From Methanobacteriota archaeon (GTDB lineage: Bacteria > Myxococcota > UBA727 > JABDBI01): a DNA stretch of 64,000 nucleotides. A program made the position numbers and the translations under genes. The stretch's first letter is position 1. Each line of letters starts with the position of its first letter. Positions 30,653 through 41,484 of this stretch are shown one piece after another. The stretch spans positions 3,036 through 67,035 of the forward strand of contig JABDBI010000008.1 of assembly GCA_013288705.1 (NCBI GenBank), written 5' to 3'. Below the pieces are notes generated by a model, which had not been told where the DNA came from, searched no databases, and saw only the letters and a program-made list of their open reading frames with translations.

Positions 30653-32698
30653 CTAAGTTTCCATGTCCAAGAGTTGCTGACGCAATCGATGAATCTCATC
30701 GCGCAAATTAGCCGCTTCTTCAAATGCCATTTTTTTCGCAAAGGCTTGCATCTCGCGCCGCAGCTTTTTAATCGTCTTCTCAATTTCGATGGGATCACGC
30801 AGCTCAGACTTTCCAGCAGTTGCTTTTTTGCCGTCGCTATCCGATTCCGTACCAAAGTCTCCCGCGACGTTAAATATGGGCTTTTGAATAGAACGCGGCG
30901 TAATTTGATGCTCGATGTTGTACTGTTCCTGCACTTGCCTGCGGCGTTTGGTTTCTGAAACAGCAGCTTTAATGGAGTCCGTCATGCGATCGGCATACAA
31001 AATGGCACGACCATTCAGATTGCGAGCCGCGCGCCCAATCGTTTGAATCAAACCTGTGGCTGATCGTAAAAATCCTTCTTTATCGGCATCTAGAATGGCA
31101 ACGAGAGAGACTTCCGGCAGGTCGAGTCCTTCGCGCAGCAAATTAATTCCGACTAGAACATCATACTCTCCGGTACGAAGCTGGCGCAAAATCTCTGTGC
31201 GTTCGATGGTATCAATATCGCTGTGTAAATAACGTGCCTTGATGCCAACATCGAGCAAGTACTCCGAAAGATCCTCAGACATGCGCTTGGTAAGTGTCGT
31301 GATGAGCACGCGCTCACCCGCTTCCTTGCGGATGCGCACTTCATGAATCACGTCATCCACCTGGGTGAGCACCGGGCGAATCTCCACAATGGGATCGACT
31401 AAGCCCGTCGGGCGAACAAGCTGTTCAACAACAACGCCCTGGCTCTTGTCTAGTTCATACTGAGCTGGTGTGGCCGACACGAAAACAGTCTGTTTGACTA
31501 GGCGTTCAAATTCATCAAACTTTAGGGGCCGATTATCAAGTGCCGAGGGCAAGCGAAATCCATGCTCCACCAACGTGCCCTTACGCGATCTATCGCCGCG
31601 GTACATGGCACCGACCTGGGGAATGGTCTGGTGAGACTCATCAACAAAGAGCAAAAAATTCGTTGGAAAGTAATCAAGCAATGTCGGGGGCGGATCTCCC
31701 TCTGATCTGCCTGTGAGATGCCGCGAGTAATTTTCGATGCTCTTGCATGAACCTGTCGTTTCAAGCATTTCCAAATCGAAGAGAGTGCGCTGCTCAAGTC
31801 GCTGCGCCTCCAAAAGCTGATTGTTTGCATGTAACTCTCGCAATTGCACCTGCAACTCTTCGCGAATTGCCACGATTGCCTTTTTCATGCGTTCTGATGA
31901 CGTCGCATAATGGCTTGCGGGCCAAATTGTTGCGTGAGAAAGCTCGGCCAGAATTTTTCCACGCAAGGGATCTACCAATCGAATGGATTCGACTTCGTCG
32001 CCAAAAAAGGAAATGCGCAGAGCGGTGTCTTCTTCGTGTGGCGGAAATACTTCTAGGACATCGCCACGTACACGAAACGTACCGCGCGTGAAAGAAATAT
32101 CGTTTCGTTCATACTGGCTTTCAATGAGCTGACGCATAAACGAATCGCGCGCAACGCTGCGCCCGACCTCGACAAACGCCGTCATCTCTTTATAGCTATC
32201 GGTACTGCCAATACCGTAAATGCAGCTCACAGAAGCAACAATAATCACATCGTCACGTGACAAAAGAGAGCATGTCGCACGATGACGCATACGATCGATG
32301 TTATCGTTGATTTGGCTGTCTTTCTCAATGTAGGTATCTGTTGATGGGATATACGCTTCGGGCTGGTAGTAGTCGTAATAGCTAACAAAGTACTCGACGG
32401 CGTTATCGGGAAAAAACGCTTTTAGCTCCTGATAGAGCTGTGCCACCAATGTCTTGTTGTGCGCCAATACCAACGTTGGCCGATTGGTTTTCGCGATGAC
32501 ATTGGCCATGGTAAAAGTTTTGCCAGACCCGGTCACGCCCAGCAGCGTTTGGTGCATTTGACCAGCAGCGATACCCTCGGCGAGGGCTTCGATCGCTTGA
32601 GGCTGATCACCGGTTGGCTGATAGTCAGATTTCAGCGCAAACAAGCGATGTTCCCGCTTGTCTTCTGAAAATCCGCGCTGTGCTGGTAAATCGCTCAT
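30653..32698 (-). CDS. uvrB: Excinuclease ABC subunit B
   Basis: [33 protein letters not shown]-terminal UVR coil. Confidence 0.98.
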   Translation of the reverse strand: MSDLPAQRGFSEDKREHRLFALKSDYQPTGDQPQAIEALAEGIAAGQMHQTLLGVTGSGKTFTMANVIAKTNRPTLVLAHNKTLVAQLYQELKAFFPDNAVEYFVSYYDYYQPEAYIPSTDTYIEKDSQINDNIDRMRHRATCSLLSRDDVIIVASVSCIYGIGSTDSYKEMTAFVEVGRSVARDSFMRQLIESQYERNDISFTRGTFRVRGDVLEVFPPHEEDTALRISFFGDEVESIRLVDPLRGKILAELSHATIWPASHYATSSERMKKAIVAIREELQVQLRELHANNQLLEAQRLEQRTLFDLEMLETTGSCKSIENYSRHLTGRSEGDPPPTLLDYFPTNFLLFVDESHQTIPQVGAMYRGDRSRKGTLVEHGFRLPSALDNRPLKFDEFERLVKQTVFVSATPAQYELDKSQGVVVEQLVRPTGLVDPIVEIRPVLTQVDDVIHEVRIRKEAGERVLITTLTKRMSEDLSEYLLDVGIKARYLHSDIDTIERTEILRQLRTGEYDVLVGINLLREGLDLPEVSLVAILDADKEGFLRSATGLIQTIGRAARNLNGRAILYADRMTDSIKAAVSETKRRRQVQEQYNIEHQITPRSIQKPIFNVAGDFGTESDSDGKKATAGKSELRDPIEIEKTIKKLRREMQAFAKKMAFEEAANLRDEIHRLRQQLLDMET

Positions 32699-32704
32699 GT
32701 CGCA

Positions 32705-33145
32705 CTAAGTGGGAACTTTAAATGGATGCGTTTTGGGCCTGTCGCAAGCACTTTCCGTGCAGATCTGCATTTTCAGCGCACCCAAAATGGCCCCTTTGCC
32801 GCCGGAGACTTTTGCACTGATAACAAACTTTCCCTCGAGCAACACACTCTTACCGAGAGCACCTAAGTCTTTCTCTTTTCCTTTTGGTAAAACGGGTTTT
32901 CCCTGCACGACCCATCCGCCGGTTTTATCCACCACGAGTTCCACGGGCACGCCCACACTTTCACCCGCCGCGTAAGCGTGGTAGCCGGGCTTTAAATTGA
33001 CTGACAGCAAAAGCATATGTGTCTTTTTGTCGTACCCTTGTGACCACGTAAACGCGTCGTCAAACTGAGGTGGCAGAGGTTTTTTGGCATAGCCCGACAA
33101 TGCAAACAAAGCGATTGCGGCAAGGGCAACGAGAGTGTGCTTCAT
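32705..33145 (-). CDS. Periplasmic DsbD N-terminal-like domain protein
   Basis: Signal peptide; PGYHAY and QICTESAC motifs. Confidence 0.7.
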   Translation of the reverse strand: MKHTLVALAAIALFALSGYAKKPLPPQFDDAFTWSQGYDKKTHMLLLSVNLKPGYHAYAAGESVGVPVELVVDKTGGWVVQGKPVLPKGKEKDLGALGKSVLLEGKFVISAKVSGGKGAILGALKMQICTESACDRPKTHPFKVPT

Positions 33146-33164
33146 AACTTTGACCTATCATATC

Positions 33165-34640
33165 TCACGCCCGGCGAACAGCATTCTCCCATTTTCGCAC
33201 GTGCCGCGCCCTTTCATTTTCTTGCATCATGGGCTGAAAAACACGATCGAGCGGCCAAGCATCCCGCACTGCTTGCTTGCTGTCAAACACACCTACTGCG
33301 AGCCCCGCAAGTGCGGCTGCACCAAGTGCAGTGGTTTCTACGACCTTTGGTCGAGCACAGGCAATATCGAGCACATCCGCTTGAAACTGCATCAGAAAAT
33401 TATCTGCTGCAGCACCGCCATCAACTTTCAACTGCAAAATAGTGCCAGCATCTTTTTGCATCGCCACCATGATGTCCCGATTTTGCATCGCAATCCCCTC
33501 CAACACAGCACGGGCCAAATGCCCCTTGTTGGTATCACGAGAAATACCGGCAAATAAGCCACGCGCCTCGGGCCTCCAGTGGGGCGCGCCGAGTCCTGAA
33601 AGGGCTGGCACGAACACAACATCGCCACTCTCAGGCACGGTCTGTGCCAAACTCTCGACGTCAGATGAACGCTGAATCACACCCAACCCATCGCGCAACC
33701 ACTGCACTGCCGCACCGGCAATAAAAGCCGCACCCTCCAAACAAAACTGCGTCTCACCGCGCAGAGAGATGGCAACAGACGTCAACAGCCCATTTTGGGA
33801 GTAGACAATCTTGGTTCCGGTGTTGAGCAAAATAAAGCAGCCAGTGCCAAAGGTTGCTTTTGCTTCACCCTGATCGAAACAAGCTTGACCAAACAAAGCA
33901 GCTTGCTGATCACCAGCGATACCCGCAATCGGGATGCCATCGGGCAAAAACCCAAGGCCCTTGGTTTGCCCATAGACCTCACTGCTCGAACAGATTTTTG
34001 GCAAGCACACGCGTGGGATCCCCATAAGCTTTAATATTTCGTCATCCCACTGCAACGTTTTGAGATTCATCAGCAAAGTCCGGCTGGCATTGGTAGCGTC
34101 GGTAACGTGGACCTGGCCACCCGTTAAACGATGGACCAACCAGGTATCGATGGTGCCAAAAAGTGCTTCCTTGCCGGAAGCCATTGCCAAGGCATTGGGC
34201 ACATTGGCAAATAGCCACATGAGCTTGGTGCCAGAAAAATAAGGGTCTAACACCAGCCCGGTTTTCTCGCGAATCATCGGTTCATGGCCAGCACGCTTGA
34301 GCTCTTGGCAGATGTCTGTAGTACGTCGACACTGCCACACAATAAAGTTGTGAAGAGGCTCGCCATTCGGGCGAAATAGGCAGGTGGTTTCGCGCTGGTT
34401 AGTAATGCCGATGGCAGCTAATTCTTCGCCTTTTACATTGGCTTTGGCGAGAGAAGCCGTCACTGCTTTTTCCACCGAATTCCAAATATCGATGGCTCGA
34501 TGTTCGACATACCCTGGCTTTGGAAAAATCTGCGGATACTCCACATTGGCTTTTCCAAGCACTTGCAGCTGGTCGTCCATCACTAGACCGGTTGTCCCGG
34601 TTGTTCCCTGATCAATTGCCAGCAAAAGCTTTCTTCCCAT
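33165..34640 (-). CDS. glpK: Glycerol kinase
   Basis: IDQGTT, GITNQRET, DPYFSGTK, GDQQAALFGQ, VDGG. Confidence 0.96.
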   Translation of the reverse strand: MGRKLLLAIDQGTTGTTGLVMDDQLQVLGKANVEYPQIFPKPGYVEHRAIDIWNSVEKAVTASLAKANVKGEELAAIGITNQRETTCLFRPNGEPLHNFIVWQCRRTTDICQELKRAGHEPMIREKTGLVLDPYFSGTKLMWLFANVPNALAMASGKEALFGTIDTWLVHRLTGGQVHVTDATNASRTLLMNLKTLQWDDEILKLMGIPRVCLPKICSSSEVYGQTKGLGFLPDGIPIAGIAGDQQAALFGQACFDQGEAKATFGTGCFILLNTGTKIVYSQNGLLTSVAISLRGETQFCLEGAAFIAGAAVQWLRDGLGVIQRSSDVESLAQTVPESGDVVFVPALSGLGAPHWRPEARGLFAGISRDTNKGHLARAVLEGIAMQNRDIMVAMQKDAGTILQLKVDGGAAADNFLMQFQADVLDIACARPKVVETTALGAAALAGLAVGVFDSKQAVRDAWPLDRVFQPMMQENERARHVRKWENAVRRA

Positions 34641-34711
34641 TTTGAATCTCCGGCACAAGGATGTATACGCTTCATCAGAGATTAACGAGAAAGACAACGA
34701 GGTTTTCTAAA

Positions 34712-35710
34712 ATGCGCCATCACGTCACATTGATTCCCGGCGACGGCATTGGTGAAGAAGTTGCAGAGGCAACGCTGGAAGTGCTCAAAGCTGCCGGTGT
34801 GGATATCCAATGGGACCACCAAAGTGCCGGGCTTGCTGCGCTCTATAAATCTGGCACGCCAGTTCCCAAGGCGACCTTAGATTCTATTAGAAAAAATGGC
34901 GTGGCACTCAAAGGACCGACTACCACACCTGTGGCTTCTGGCCATCGCAGCGCCAACGTGATTTTGCGGCAAGAGCTCGACCTCTATGCCTGCATTCGCC
35001 CTGTAAAATCGGTGCCAGGTGTAAAATCGCGTTATGAAAACGTAGACCTCGTCATTTTTCGCGAAAATACGGAGGGTCTTTATGGCGGACAGGAATTGGA
35101 AGTCACCAAGGGTACCTTCGTAGCCCTTAAAGTGGTCACAGAGCACGCATGCACAGCCATTGCCAACGCCACATTCGCTTATGCGGCGAAGCACAACAGG
35201 CATCATGTAACAGTTGGGCATAAGGCGAATATTTTGAAGCTCAGCGACGGGCTTTTTCTCCATCGTGCCTACCAAGTGGCCGAGCAATACCCTGGCATCA
35301 CCTGTAATGATGTCATCGTAGATGCCCTTTGTATGCGGCTCGTCACAGACCCCTCCCAATTTGACATGTTGCTTCTGGAAAATCTTTACGGCGACATTTT
35401 GTCTGACCTGTGCGCTGGTTTAGTTGGCGGTTTAGGCTTGGTGCCCGGAGCCAATATTGGCAATGATTACGCGGTGTTTGAGGCTGTGCATGGCTCTGCC
35501 CCAGACATAGCGGGGCAAGGTTTGGCCAATCCCACAGCGCTAATCAAAAGCGCAGTCATGATGCTTCAGCATTTGGGGGAACAAACGGCAGCGGCTAGAA
35601 TCGATACGGCAGTTGAATCTGTGTTCCTACAGGGGCATGTGCGCACACGCGATTTAGGTGGCCAAGCAACGACACAGGAATTCACCAAGGCACTGCTAGC
35701 GGCCCTGTAA
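34712..35710 (+). CDS. Isocitrate/isopropylmalate dehydrogenase family (NAD-IDH-like)
   Basis: IPGDGIG, RENTEG.Y, HKANI.K, NLYGDILSDL, EAVHGSAPDIAG. Confidence 0.9.
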   Translation: MRHHVTLIPGDGIGEEVAEATLEVLKAAGVDIQWDHQSAGLAALYKSGTPVPKATLDSIRKNGVALKGPTTTPVASGHRSANVILRQELDLYACIRPVKSVPGVKSRYENVDLVIFRENTEGLYGGQELEVTKGTFVALKVVTEHACTAIANATFAYAAKHNRHHVTVGHKANILKLSDGLFLHRAYQVAEQYPGITCNDVIVDALCMRLVTDPSQFDMLLLENLYGDILSDLCAGLVGGLGLVPGANIGNDYAVFEAVHGSAPDIAGQGLANPTALIKSAVMMLQHLGEQTAAARIDTAVESVFLQGHVRTRDLGGQATTQEFTKALLAAL

Positions 35711-35775
35711 TTGGTATTTGCCAATTGGTTAGAAGCGATCTATAAGAGGCTCTCGAAATCTAATTAGGTGATCAA

Positions 35776-36081
35776 ATGGCCCGTACCTGTCAAGTTGCCC
35801 GCGAAGAGAAACGTGAGAAGCTGATGCGTCTGAACAAAGACCGCCGCAAGGCGCTGCGCGAGGCGCAGATCAATCCGAAGCTATCAGACGAAGAGCGTCT
35901 CGATGCACGGATGAAGCTTAACAAATTGCCACGGGATTCTTCTTTGGTACGCTTGACCCGTCGCTGCCAGGTCACTGGCGCTGCACGATCGGTTTACCGT
36001 AAGTTCAAGCTAAACAGAATCACTTTTCGTAACATGGCCCTTGCTGGATTGCTGCCTGGGGTAACCAAAGCCAGCTGGTAG
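35776..36081 (+). CDS. rpsN: 30S ribosomal protein S14 (long, zinc-independent type)
   Basis: [22 protein letters not shown]; 101 aa. Confidence 0.95.
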   Translation: MARTCQVAREEKREKLMRLNKDRRKALREAQINPKLSDEERLDARMKLNKLPRDSSLVRLTRRCQVTGAARSVYRKFKLNRITFRNMALAGLLPGVTKASW

Positions 36082-36088
36082 TCTTGGT

Positions 36089-36658
36089 TTGCGCTTAAAA
36101 TCTTCCACATCCCATTCTTGGGTACAGACAGCGCTCGCTGATTTTGATGCGTTTTTGCTCGACCATGCAGCTTGCGAGCGCAAAGCATCTGCGTTGGCGA
36201 TGTCGCTGGTGGCGCATTATCCCGATCGCAAAGAGCTCGTTTCGGCGATGATCGAACTCGCCCTGGAAGAGCTCACGCATTTTCAGCAGGTCAATGATCT
36301 CATTGCAACACGCGGCTTGACGCTTGCTCCCGATACCAAAGATGGTTATGTCGCTGAGATGCGCAAGCTTGCGCGGGGTGGCACCAATGAATACCTGTTG
36401 GATCGACTTCTGATCGCTGGGGCCATTGAGGCGCGCGGTTGTGAACGCTTTGGGCTTTTGGCCGAACACTTGCCAGAGAGCGACTTAAAAAATTTCTACC
36501 TCGATATCACACGCTCAGAAGCTCGACATCACGGGCTGTTTGTGCGCATTGCGCGGCATTATTTTGACACGAAAGTGATTGAAAAACGCCTCGAAGAAAT
36601 TTTGTCGGCCGAAGCAGTGATCGTCGCTGGTTTGCCCCTACGCGCTGCGGTACATTAA
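36089..36658 (+). CDS. miaE: tRNA-(ms2io6A) hydroxylase
   Basis: LLDHAACERKAS, EEL.HF, IEARGCERF, SEARH diiron motifs. Confidence 0.9.
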   Translation: MRLKSSTSHSWVQTALADFDAFLLDHAACERKASALAMSLVAHYPDRKELVSAMIELALEELTHFQQVNDLIATRGLTLAPDTKDGYVAEMRKLARGGTNEYLLDRLLIAGAIEARGCERFGLLAEHLPESDLKNFYLDITRSEARHHGLFVRIARHYFDTKVIEKRLEEILSAEAVIVAGLPLRAAVH

Positions 36659-36662
36659 CGTC

Positions 36663-37871
36663 ATGCAGCGCAAAGATATTGTTGGCAAATATTTGGCGCT
36701 CTATGCAGAACAAGACACGCGTATTTTGGAACAAATTGACGGCGAGTTTGGCCATGTCTTGGTCATTCCAGCTTATGGGGAAGATGCGCAATTTGAAGAA
36801 ACTCTCGCCTCAATTCCTTGTGGGCCACTTGGGCAAGTTCTCGTCATCGTCGTTGTGAATGCGCCCGAGAACGCTCCCAGCTTGATGCTCGATCGCAATC
36901 AAAAGTTGCTTCAGCATCTTTTTGCAAACCCTGTAACCACTCGGGGGCATAGAATCTTCTGCATCGATCGATCGCGGGTACCACCCAAGCAGGGCGTTGG
37001 GCTGGCACGAAAAATTGGTTGCGATATCGCTTTGAAGCTCTGGCATGCCGGCAAGCTCGCTTCACCGTGGATACATTGCACCGATGCTGACGTCATGTTG
37101 CCAACCGACTATTTCTCCCAAGTGAGTGGGTGCGACGATAACGTCGCTGCATGGGTCTATGCTTTTCGCCATGTTGGGGATGCGCAAGATCATATTCAAC
37201 AAGCAACGATGCTACACGAAATTGCGCTGCGACTTTACGTCGCTGGCCTTGCATTCGCCGGATCGCCACATGCTTATCATGCGATTGGCAGTACCATGGC
37301 ATTTCGCGCACATGCCTATGCTGCTGTACGAGGGTTTCCTAAGCGAGCTGCAGGAGAAGACTTCTATCTGCTAAACAAACTCGCCAAGGTTGGCGCGATT
37401 CAAAGTGGGCAAGACCAGCCCATTCTCATTCGTTCACGGCCATCGCTACGCGTGCCCTTTGGTACCGGACCTGCGGCAGTGCAAATCGCTGACGCAATGA
37501 CACGTGGCGATGTGCCTAACATCTATCACCCGAATGTTTTTCGCACGCTCAAAAGCTGGCTTTTAGATCCATCGGAGATTGGCGTTGATCTCACGCAATA
37601 CCCCACGATCGAAATGAAGCAGCGCGCATTTCACACTTGGTTTGATGCGTTCCGTACCATGAAAATGATCAACGAACTGCGCGACACGCGTTTTCCGAAT
37701 CTTTCGGTAGAAGCTCTGATACGAGACCATCGCGATTATCTTGAGAATGATTTAGGTTTTAGAACCAATTTGCGTTTGCTCCCACTAACACCGGTAACAT
37801 TCAGTTTACCAAGCGGTGGAGGGAACACACGTGAATTTATTCCGAACAAAACCGATCGATTCGATCGCTGA
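36663..37871 (+). CDS. GT2-like glycosyltransferase
   Basis: VIPAYGE, GVGLARKIGCD, TDAD, AGEDFY, RVPFGTG. Confidence 0.75.
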   Translation: MQRKDIVGKYLALYAEQDTRILEQIDGEFGHVLVIPAYGEDAQFEETLASIPCGPLGQVLVIVVVNAPENAPSLMLDRNQKLLQHLFANPVTTRGHRIFCIDRSRVPPKQGVGLARKIGCDIALKLWHAGKLASPWIHCTDADVMLPTDYFSQVSGCDDNVAAWVYAFRHVGDAQDHIQQATMLHEIALRLYVAGLAFAGSPHAYHAIGSTMAFRAHAYAAVRGFPKRAAGEDFYLLNKLAKVGAIQSGQDQPILIRSRPSLRVPFGTGPAAVQIADAMTRGDVPNIYHPNVFRTLKSWLLDPSEIGVDLTQYPTIEMKQRAFHTWFDAFRTMKMINELRDTRFPNLSVEALIRDHRDYLENDLGFRTNLRLLPLTPVTFSLPSGGGNTREFIPNKTDRFDR

Positions 37872-39240
37872 AGAGAACTCTTCACTCAAGCGCTGCTTAG
37901 GCGCTGCGGATGTGACGTTTATGGGTATTGGCGCCATCATTGGCGCGGGCATCTTCGTGCTCACCGGCGTTGTCGCGGCTACGCATGCAGGTCCGGCGGT
38001 TGTTTTGTCGTATGTCGTTTCGGGGCTGGCGTGCGTCTTTGTTGCGCTGTCCTACGCAGAGCTCGCGGCGAGTGTTGGCGGTTGTGGAAGCGCTTATGGC
38101 TATGCATATGCAGGTCTTGGCGAAATTATTGCGTGGGCCATTGGATGGGATTTGCTGCTTGAATATGGCTTAGGCATTTCTACCGTCGCTATTGGTTGGT
38201 CGGGATATGTGAACAACGCACTGTCTGCCATTGGCATCCCTCTTCCCGAGATGCTGACAAAGAGCCCATTTGAGGGCGGCTATATCAATCTGCCTGCAAC
38301 GCTCATTATTCTCTTGCTCACCGGCTTGCTTTGTATTGGTGTGCGCGAGAGCGCGCGTTTTAACGTCGCCATTGTGTTTGTGAAATTACTAGCAATCGGG
38401 CTTTTCATTTCGGTCGCAGCTTTTCACACTAATCTGGATAACTGGAAAGTATTCATGCCGTTTGGCTGGAACGGTGTCATGCATGGTGCGGCCTTGGTAT
38501 TTTTTGCTTACATTGGGTTCGACGCTGTTTCTACCGCGGCTGAAGAAACGATTAAGCCGCAGCGTGATCTTCCCATTGGCATTATTTTGTCGCTCGCAAT
38601 TTGTACGGTGATCTATATTATTGTTTCTGCACTCCTCACATTGGTGGTTCCTTACACATCGCTCAACGTGAGTTCTCCTGTGGCCAATGTTCTTTTGCAG
38701 CTCGGCAAACCAACTGCGGCGGCATTTATTGCAGCTGGTGCCATCGCTGGTTTAACAACAGTGATGTTGGTGCTCTATTATGGCTTCTCGCGCATTTTTC
38801 TGGCTATCGCGCGCGATGGTCTTTTGCCAGCACGCTTTGCCCGGGTGCACCCGAAGGCAAAGACTCCTGTAACAGTACTTGTGATGAGTGGTTTCTTTCT
38901 TGCGACAGTCGCTGGATTTACGCCGATTGGGCAGCTTGCTGAACTCGTCAACATTGGCACGCTGGCAGCGTTCACCGTCGTTTGTGGCGGTGTGATTGTG
39001 TTGCGGCGCAAGCAGCCGAACTTGAATCGGCCGTTTAAGCTCGCGCTGCATCCCGTGTTCCCGATTTTGGGGATTTTGTTTTGTGGGTATTTGATGCTGA
39101 GTTTGCCGGCAATTACTTGGTTGCGCTTCGTTGGTTGGATGGCGATCGGGTTTCTGATATACTTTGGTTACGGCAAGAAGCATAGCAAGCTTGCTGGTGA
39201 TGATAATTATGCTGTGCGTATGCGCGAGGCGGTTGAGTAG
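37831..39240 (+). CDS. Cationic amino acid permease (APC/CAT family)
   Basis: GIGAIIGAGIF, YAELA, FFAYIGFD, IGTL.AF; GTG start after RBS GGAGGG. Confidence 0.92.
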   Translation: MNLFRTKPIDSIAEENSSLKRCLGAADVTFMGIGAIIGAGIFVLTGVVAATHAGPAVVLSYVVSGLACVFVALSYAELAASVGGCGSAYGYAYAGLGEIIAWAIGWDLLLEYGLGISTVAIGWSGYVNNALSAIGIPLPEMLTKSPFEGGYINLPATLIILLLTGLLCIGVRESARFNVAIVFVKLLAIGLFISVAAFHTNLDNWKVFMPFGWNGVMHGAALVFFAYIGFDAVSTAAEETIKPQRDLPIGIILSLAICTVIYIIVSALLTLVVPYTSLNVSSPVANVLLQLGKPTAAAFIAAGAIAGLTTVMLVLYYGFSRIFLAIARDGLLPARFARVHPKAKTPVTVLVMSGFFLATVAGFTPIGQLAELVNIGTLAAFTVVCGGVIVLRRKQPNLNRPFKLALHPVFPILGILFCGYLMLSLPAITWLRFVGWMAIGFLIYFGYGKKHSKLAGDDNYAVRMREAVE

Positions 39241-39260
39241 GCTTTGCGATTGGGGGGGCA

Positions 39261-40394
39261 ATGCATCCGGTGGTGAAGGGAGTTCCGCAGAATCATGCGA
39301 CACATGGTTCAGTTTCATCCTCACCGCGCAAGACTGCATCCGCGCATGATGCCGACGTTGCCCCTCGCGCTCAACCTACACCTCATGAAAGGTTGCAAGG
39401 CCTCAAAGAGAGGTATCAAAACGACTGGGGTCTACAGAAAGACCCAACCAGTCGATGGAGTCAATTTAAGGCATGGCTAGGACATGGAAAATGGAAAGAT
39501 ATTATTCATCCATTTCACGCTGGTGAAAAAATCGTGCTAGAGCACCGTGCGAAATTTGCTACCGAAGCGATTAACGCGCTTGCCGATGTGGAAAAGAGTG
39601 CGGCACCTGCATTCGATCGGCAGCTCCTTCACCAAGTAGAAGCGGATCTGAAAGAGTTAACCGGAAAATCTGACATTGTTGAAGATCCGATGAAGAAGAT
39701 CCGTGGCCTGTTAGATGCAGCCGATGTGCGAGCGTCAAAGCAACGCGAAGAGCAACAGGCAGTTGATCGCGCAAGTCGAGATGCGGGTTACCTGGTGAAT
39801 ATACGTCAAAATCGGTCATTCGGCCGGCGTGATCCAGGTTGGGTGGAGAGAAATCGAACAACTTTTGGCGAGCTTATTCGGATTCGCGCGAACATAGATA
39901 GTTATCCGCGCGAGCTTCAAGATCAGATAAAACGCGACTACAAAGAGATCTTCAGCAAGCTGGTCCTATCAGCCGTGGATGGAGGATCTCTGTTTGTGTT
40001 AAGCAGGGGTGAAGAAGCGCTTCGACGGGGAGATAGCGACCCTATGCAGCGCCCGCTGCTGGATTCGCTTGTCGCTCTTAACCACGCGCCTTCCATGCGC
40101 GTCGAGATGGAAATCGAAAATGCATTTGGTAAAGCCCATGATTCTGCGGACCTAAGCAATGCAATTGCCGCAACGAAGCGCTTGCTTGAGAATGAGCAAC
40201 GGGAGGACATCAGGGCAGCGCTGACTCAGGCTCTCAAAACGCTTGAGGCCGGCGCACGTGACCTGGAAAGTAATGTAATTCGCGATCCACAGGTGTTTGT
40301 TGGCAATTTAAGAGCGCAGGTTGTTGGAGCATTTGAACAGGCTCGTCAACAAGATCTGCTGGACTTACATTTTGCTGCGCTTGATAAAGCCTAA
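39261..40394 (+). CDS. Orphan helical protein with disordered N-terminus
   Basis: 377-aa ORF filling the gap between known genes; no recognised motif. Confidence 0.6.
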   Translation: MHPVVKGVPQNHATHGSVSSSPRKTASAHDADVAPRAQPTPHERLQGLKERYQNDWGLQKDPTSRWSQFKAWLGHGKWKDIIHPFHAGEKIVLEHRAKFATEAINALADVEKSAAPAFDRQLLHQVEADLKELTGKSDIVEDPMKKIRGLLDAADVRASKQREEQQAVDRASRDAGYLVNIRQNRSFGRRDPGWVERNRTTFGELIRIRANIDSYPRELQDQIKRDYKEIFSKLVLSAVDGGSLFVLSRGEEALRRGDSDPMQRPLLDSLVALNHAPSMRVEMEIENAFGKAHDSADLSNAIAATKRLLENEQREDIRAALTQALKTLEAGARDLESNVIRDPQVFVGNLRAQVVGAFEQARQQDLLDLHFAALDKA

Positions 40395-41467
40395 TTTTGA
40401 ATCTTGAAAAGTAGCGGCCTATAGTGCTGCTTATAAATATCCGTCATCGCCATAAACATCGTGACCACCAAGGGCCCATAAAAAATCCCCAGCGGCCCAA
40501 ACACTTTCACACCCGCAAGCACCGACAGAAAAACCAACGCCGCGTGCATCTGACTCTGCCCGCCGATAAACTGCGGCTTCACCAACAATTCAAAAATTGC
40601 ATAATACGTTAGGTTATAAGCCAAATACCCAAAACCAAGCGTTATATTGCCATCTAGAAGCAAAACACCAAAAGCCGGGATAAAAACAAGCGTCGGTCCG
40701 ACGACGGGCACAAAAGCGCAGAGTGCTATCACGACACCCCAAAATAAGCCCTGCTCAAACCCAAACCAATACATGCCAAGGCCACCCAGCACGCCCTCGC
40801 CGAGTGCAATGATGCCATTTCCGACAAACACCGCACGCGCAATCGCACCGAACCTGCGCATAAGAAGCTCTTTTTCATCGCGCGCCAATGGCATTAACTC
40901 CATGAAATATCGTTTTAACTCACCGCCCGAAATAAATAGCGTGAGAACAATGACCATCGTGACGAGAAAATAAACGCCAATCAATAAAGCGTTCGAGGCC
41001 ACTGCTGTCAGCGTATCATAGACGAAAAGACCAAACGACTGCACAAGGCCAGTAATCTCTTGCGCGAGTTTCTCTGCAGGAACGTTGATTCCTATCGAGA
41101 TCGCTAGATCATGCAAATGTGCAATCACCGGATGTGTGCTCGACAAGTTAGCAAACAAGTTGCCAAAAAGATTTGTGCCCCTGCTTTGCTCATAAAATGA
41201 AAGCGCTTGCTGTGATAGCGAGGCGATAAAGAAACCAAAGGGAATCATGACACAGAGCACAATTAACAACGTCGTCAGACCCGCAGCCAGAGACTTAACA
41301 CCCCTGAAAACTCGCAACATGAAACGATAGACTGGGTGAAAAATTGATACCATCACCAATGCCAGCACCACCGGTGTTATAAATGTCCAAAGGAGCTGTA
41401 AAACTAAAAGCAAACTAATTAAAAAAGTAAGCAGAAATACGTAAATGGTAAAACGTGAATTGTTCAT
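40391..41467 (-). CDS. AI-2E family transporter
   Basis: Hydrophobic profile; P.VG...F.P and FGPLGIFYGP motifs. Confidence 0.85.
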   Translation of the reverse strand: MNNSRFTIYVFLLTFLISLLLVLQLLWTFITPVVLALVMVSIFHPVYRFMLRVFRGVKSLAAGLTTLLIVLCVMIPFGFFIASLSQQALSFYEQSRGTNLFGNLFANLSSTHPVIAHLHDLAISIGINVPAEKLAQEITGLVQSFGLFVYDTLTAVASNALLIGVYFLVTMVIVLTLFISGGELKRYFMELMPLARDEKELLMRRFGAIARAVFVGNGIIALGEGVLGGLGMYWFGFEQGLFWGVVIALCAFVPVVGPTLVFIPAFGVLLLDGNITLGFGYLAYNLTYYAIFELLVKPQFIGGQSQMHAALVFLSVLAGVKVFGPLGIFYGPLVVTMFMAMTDIYKQHYRPLLFKIQN

Positions 41468-41484
41468 CTTATTGCGATGCTAAC

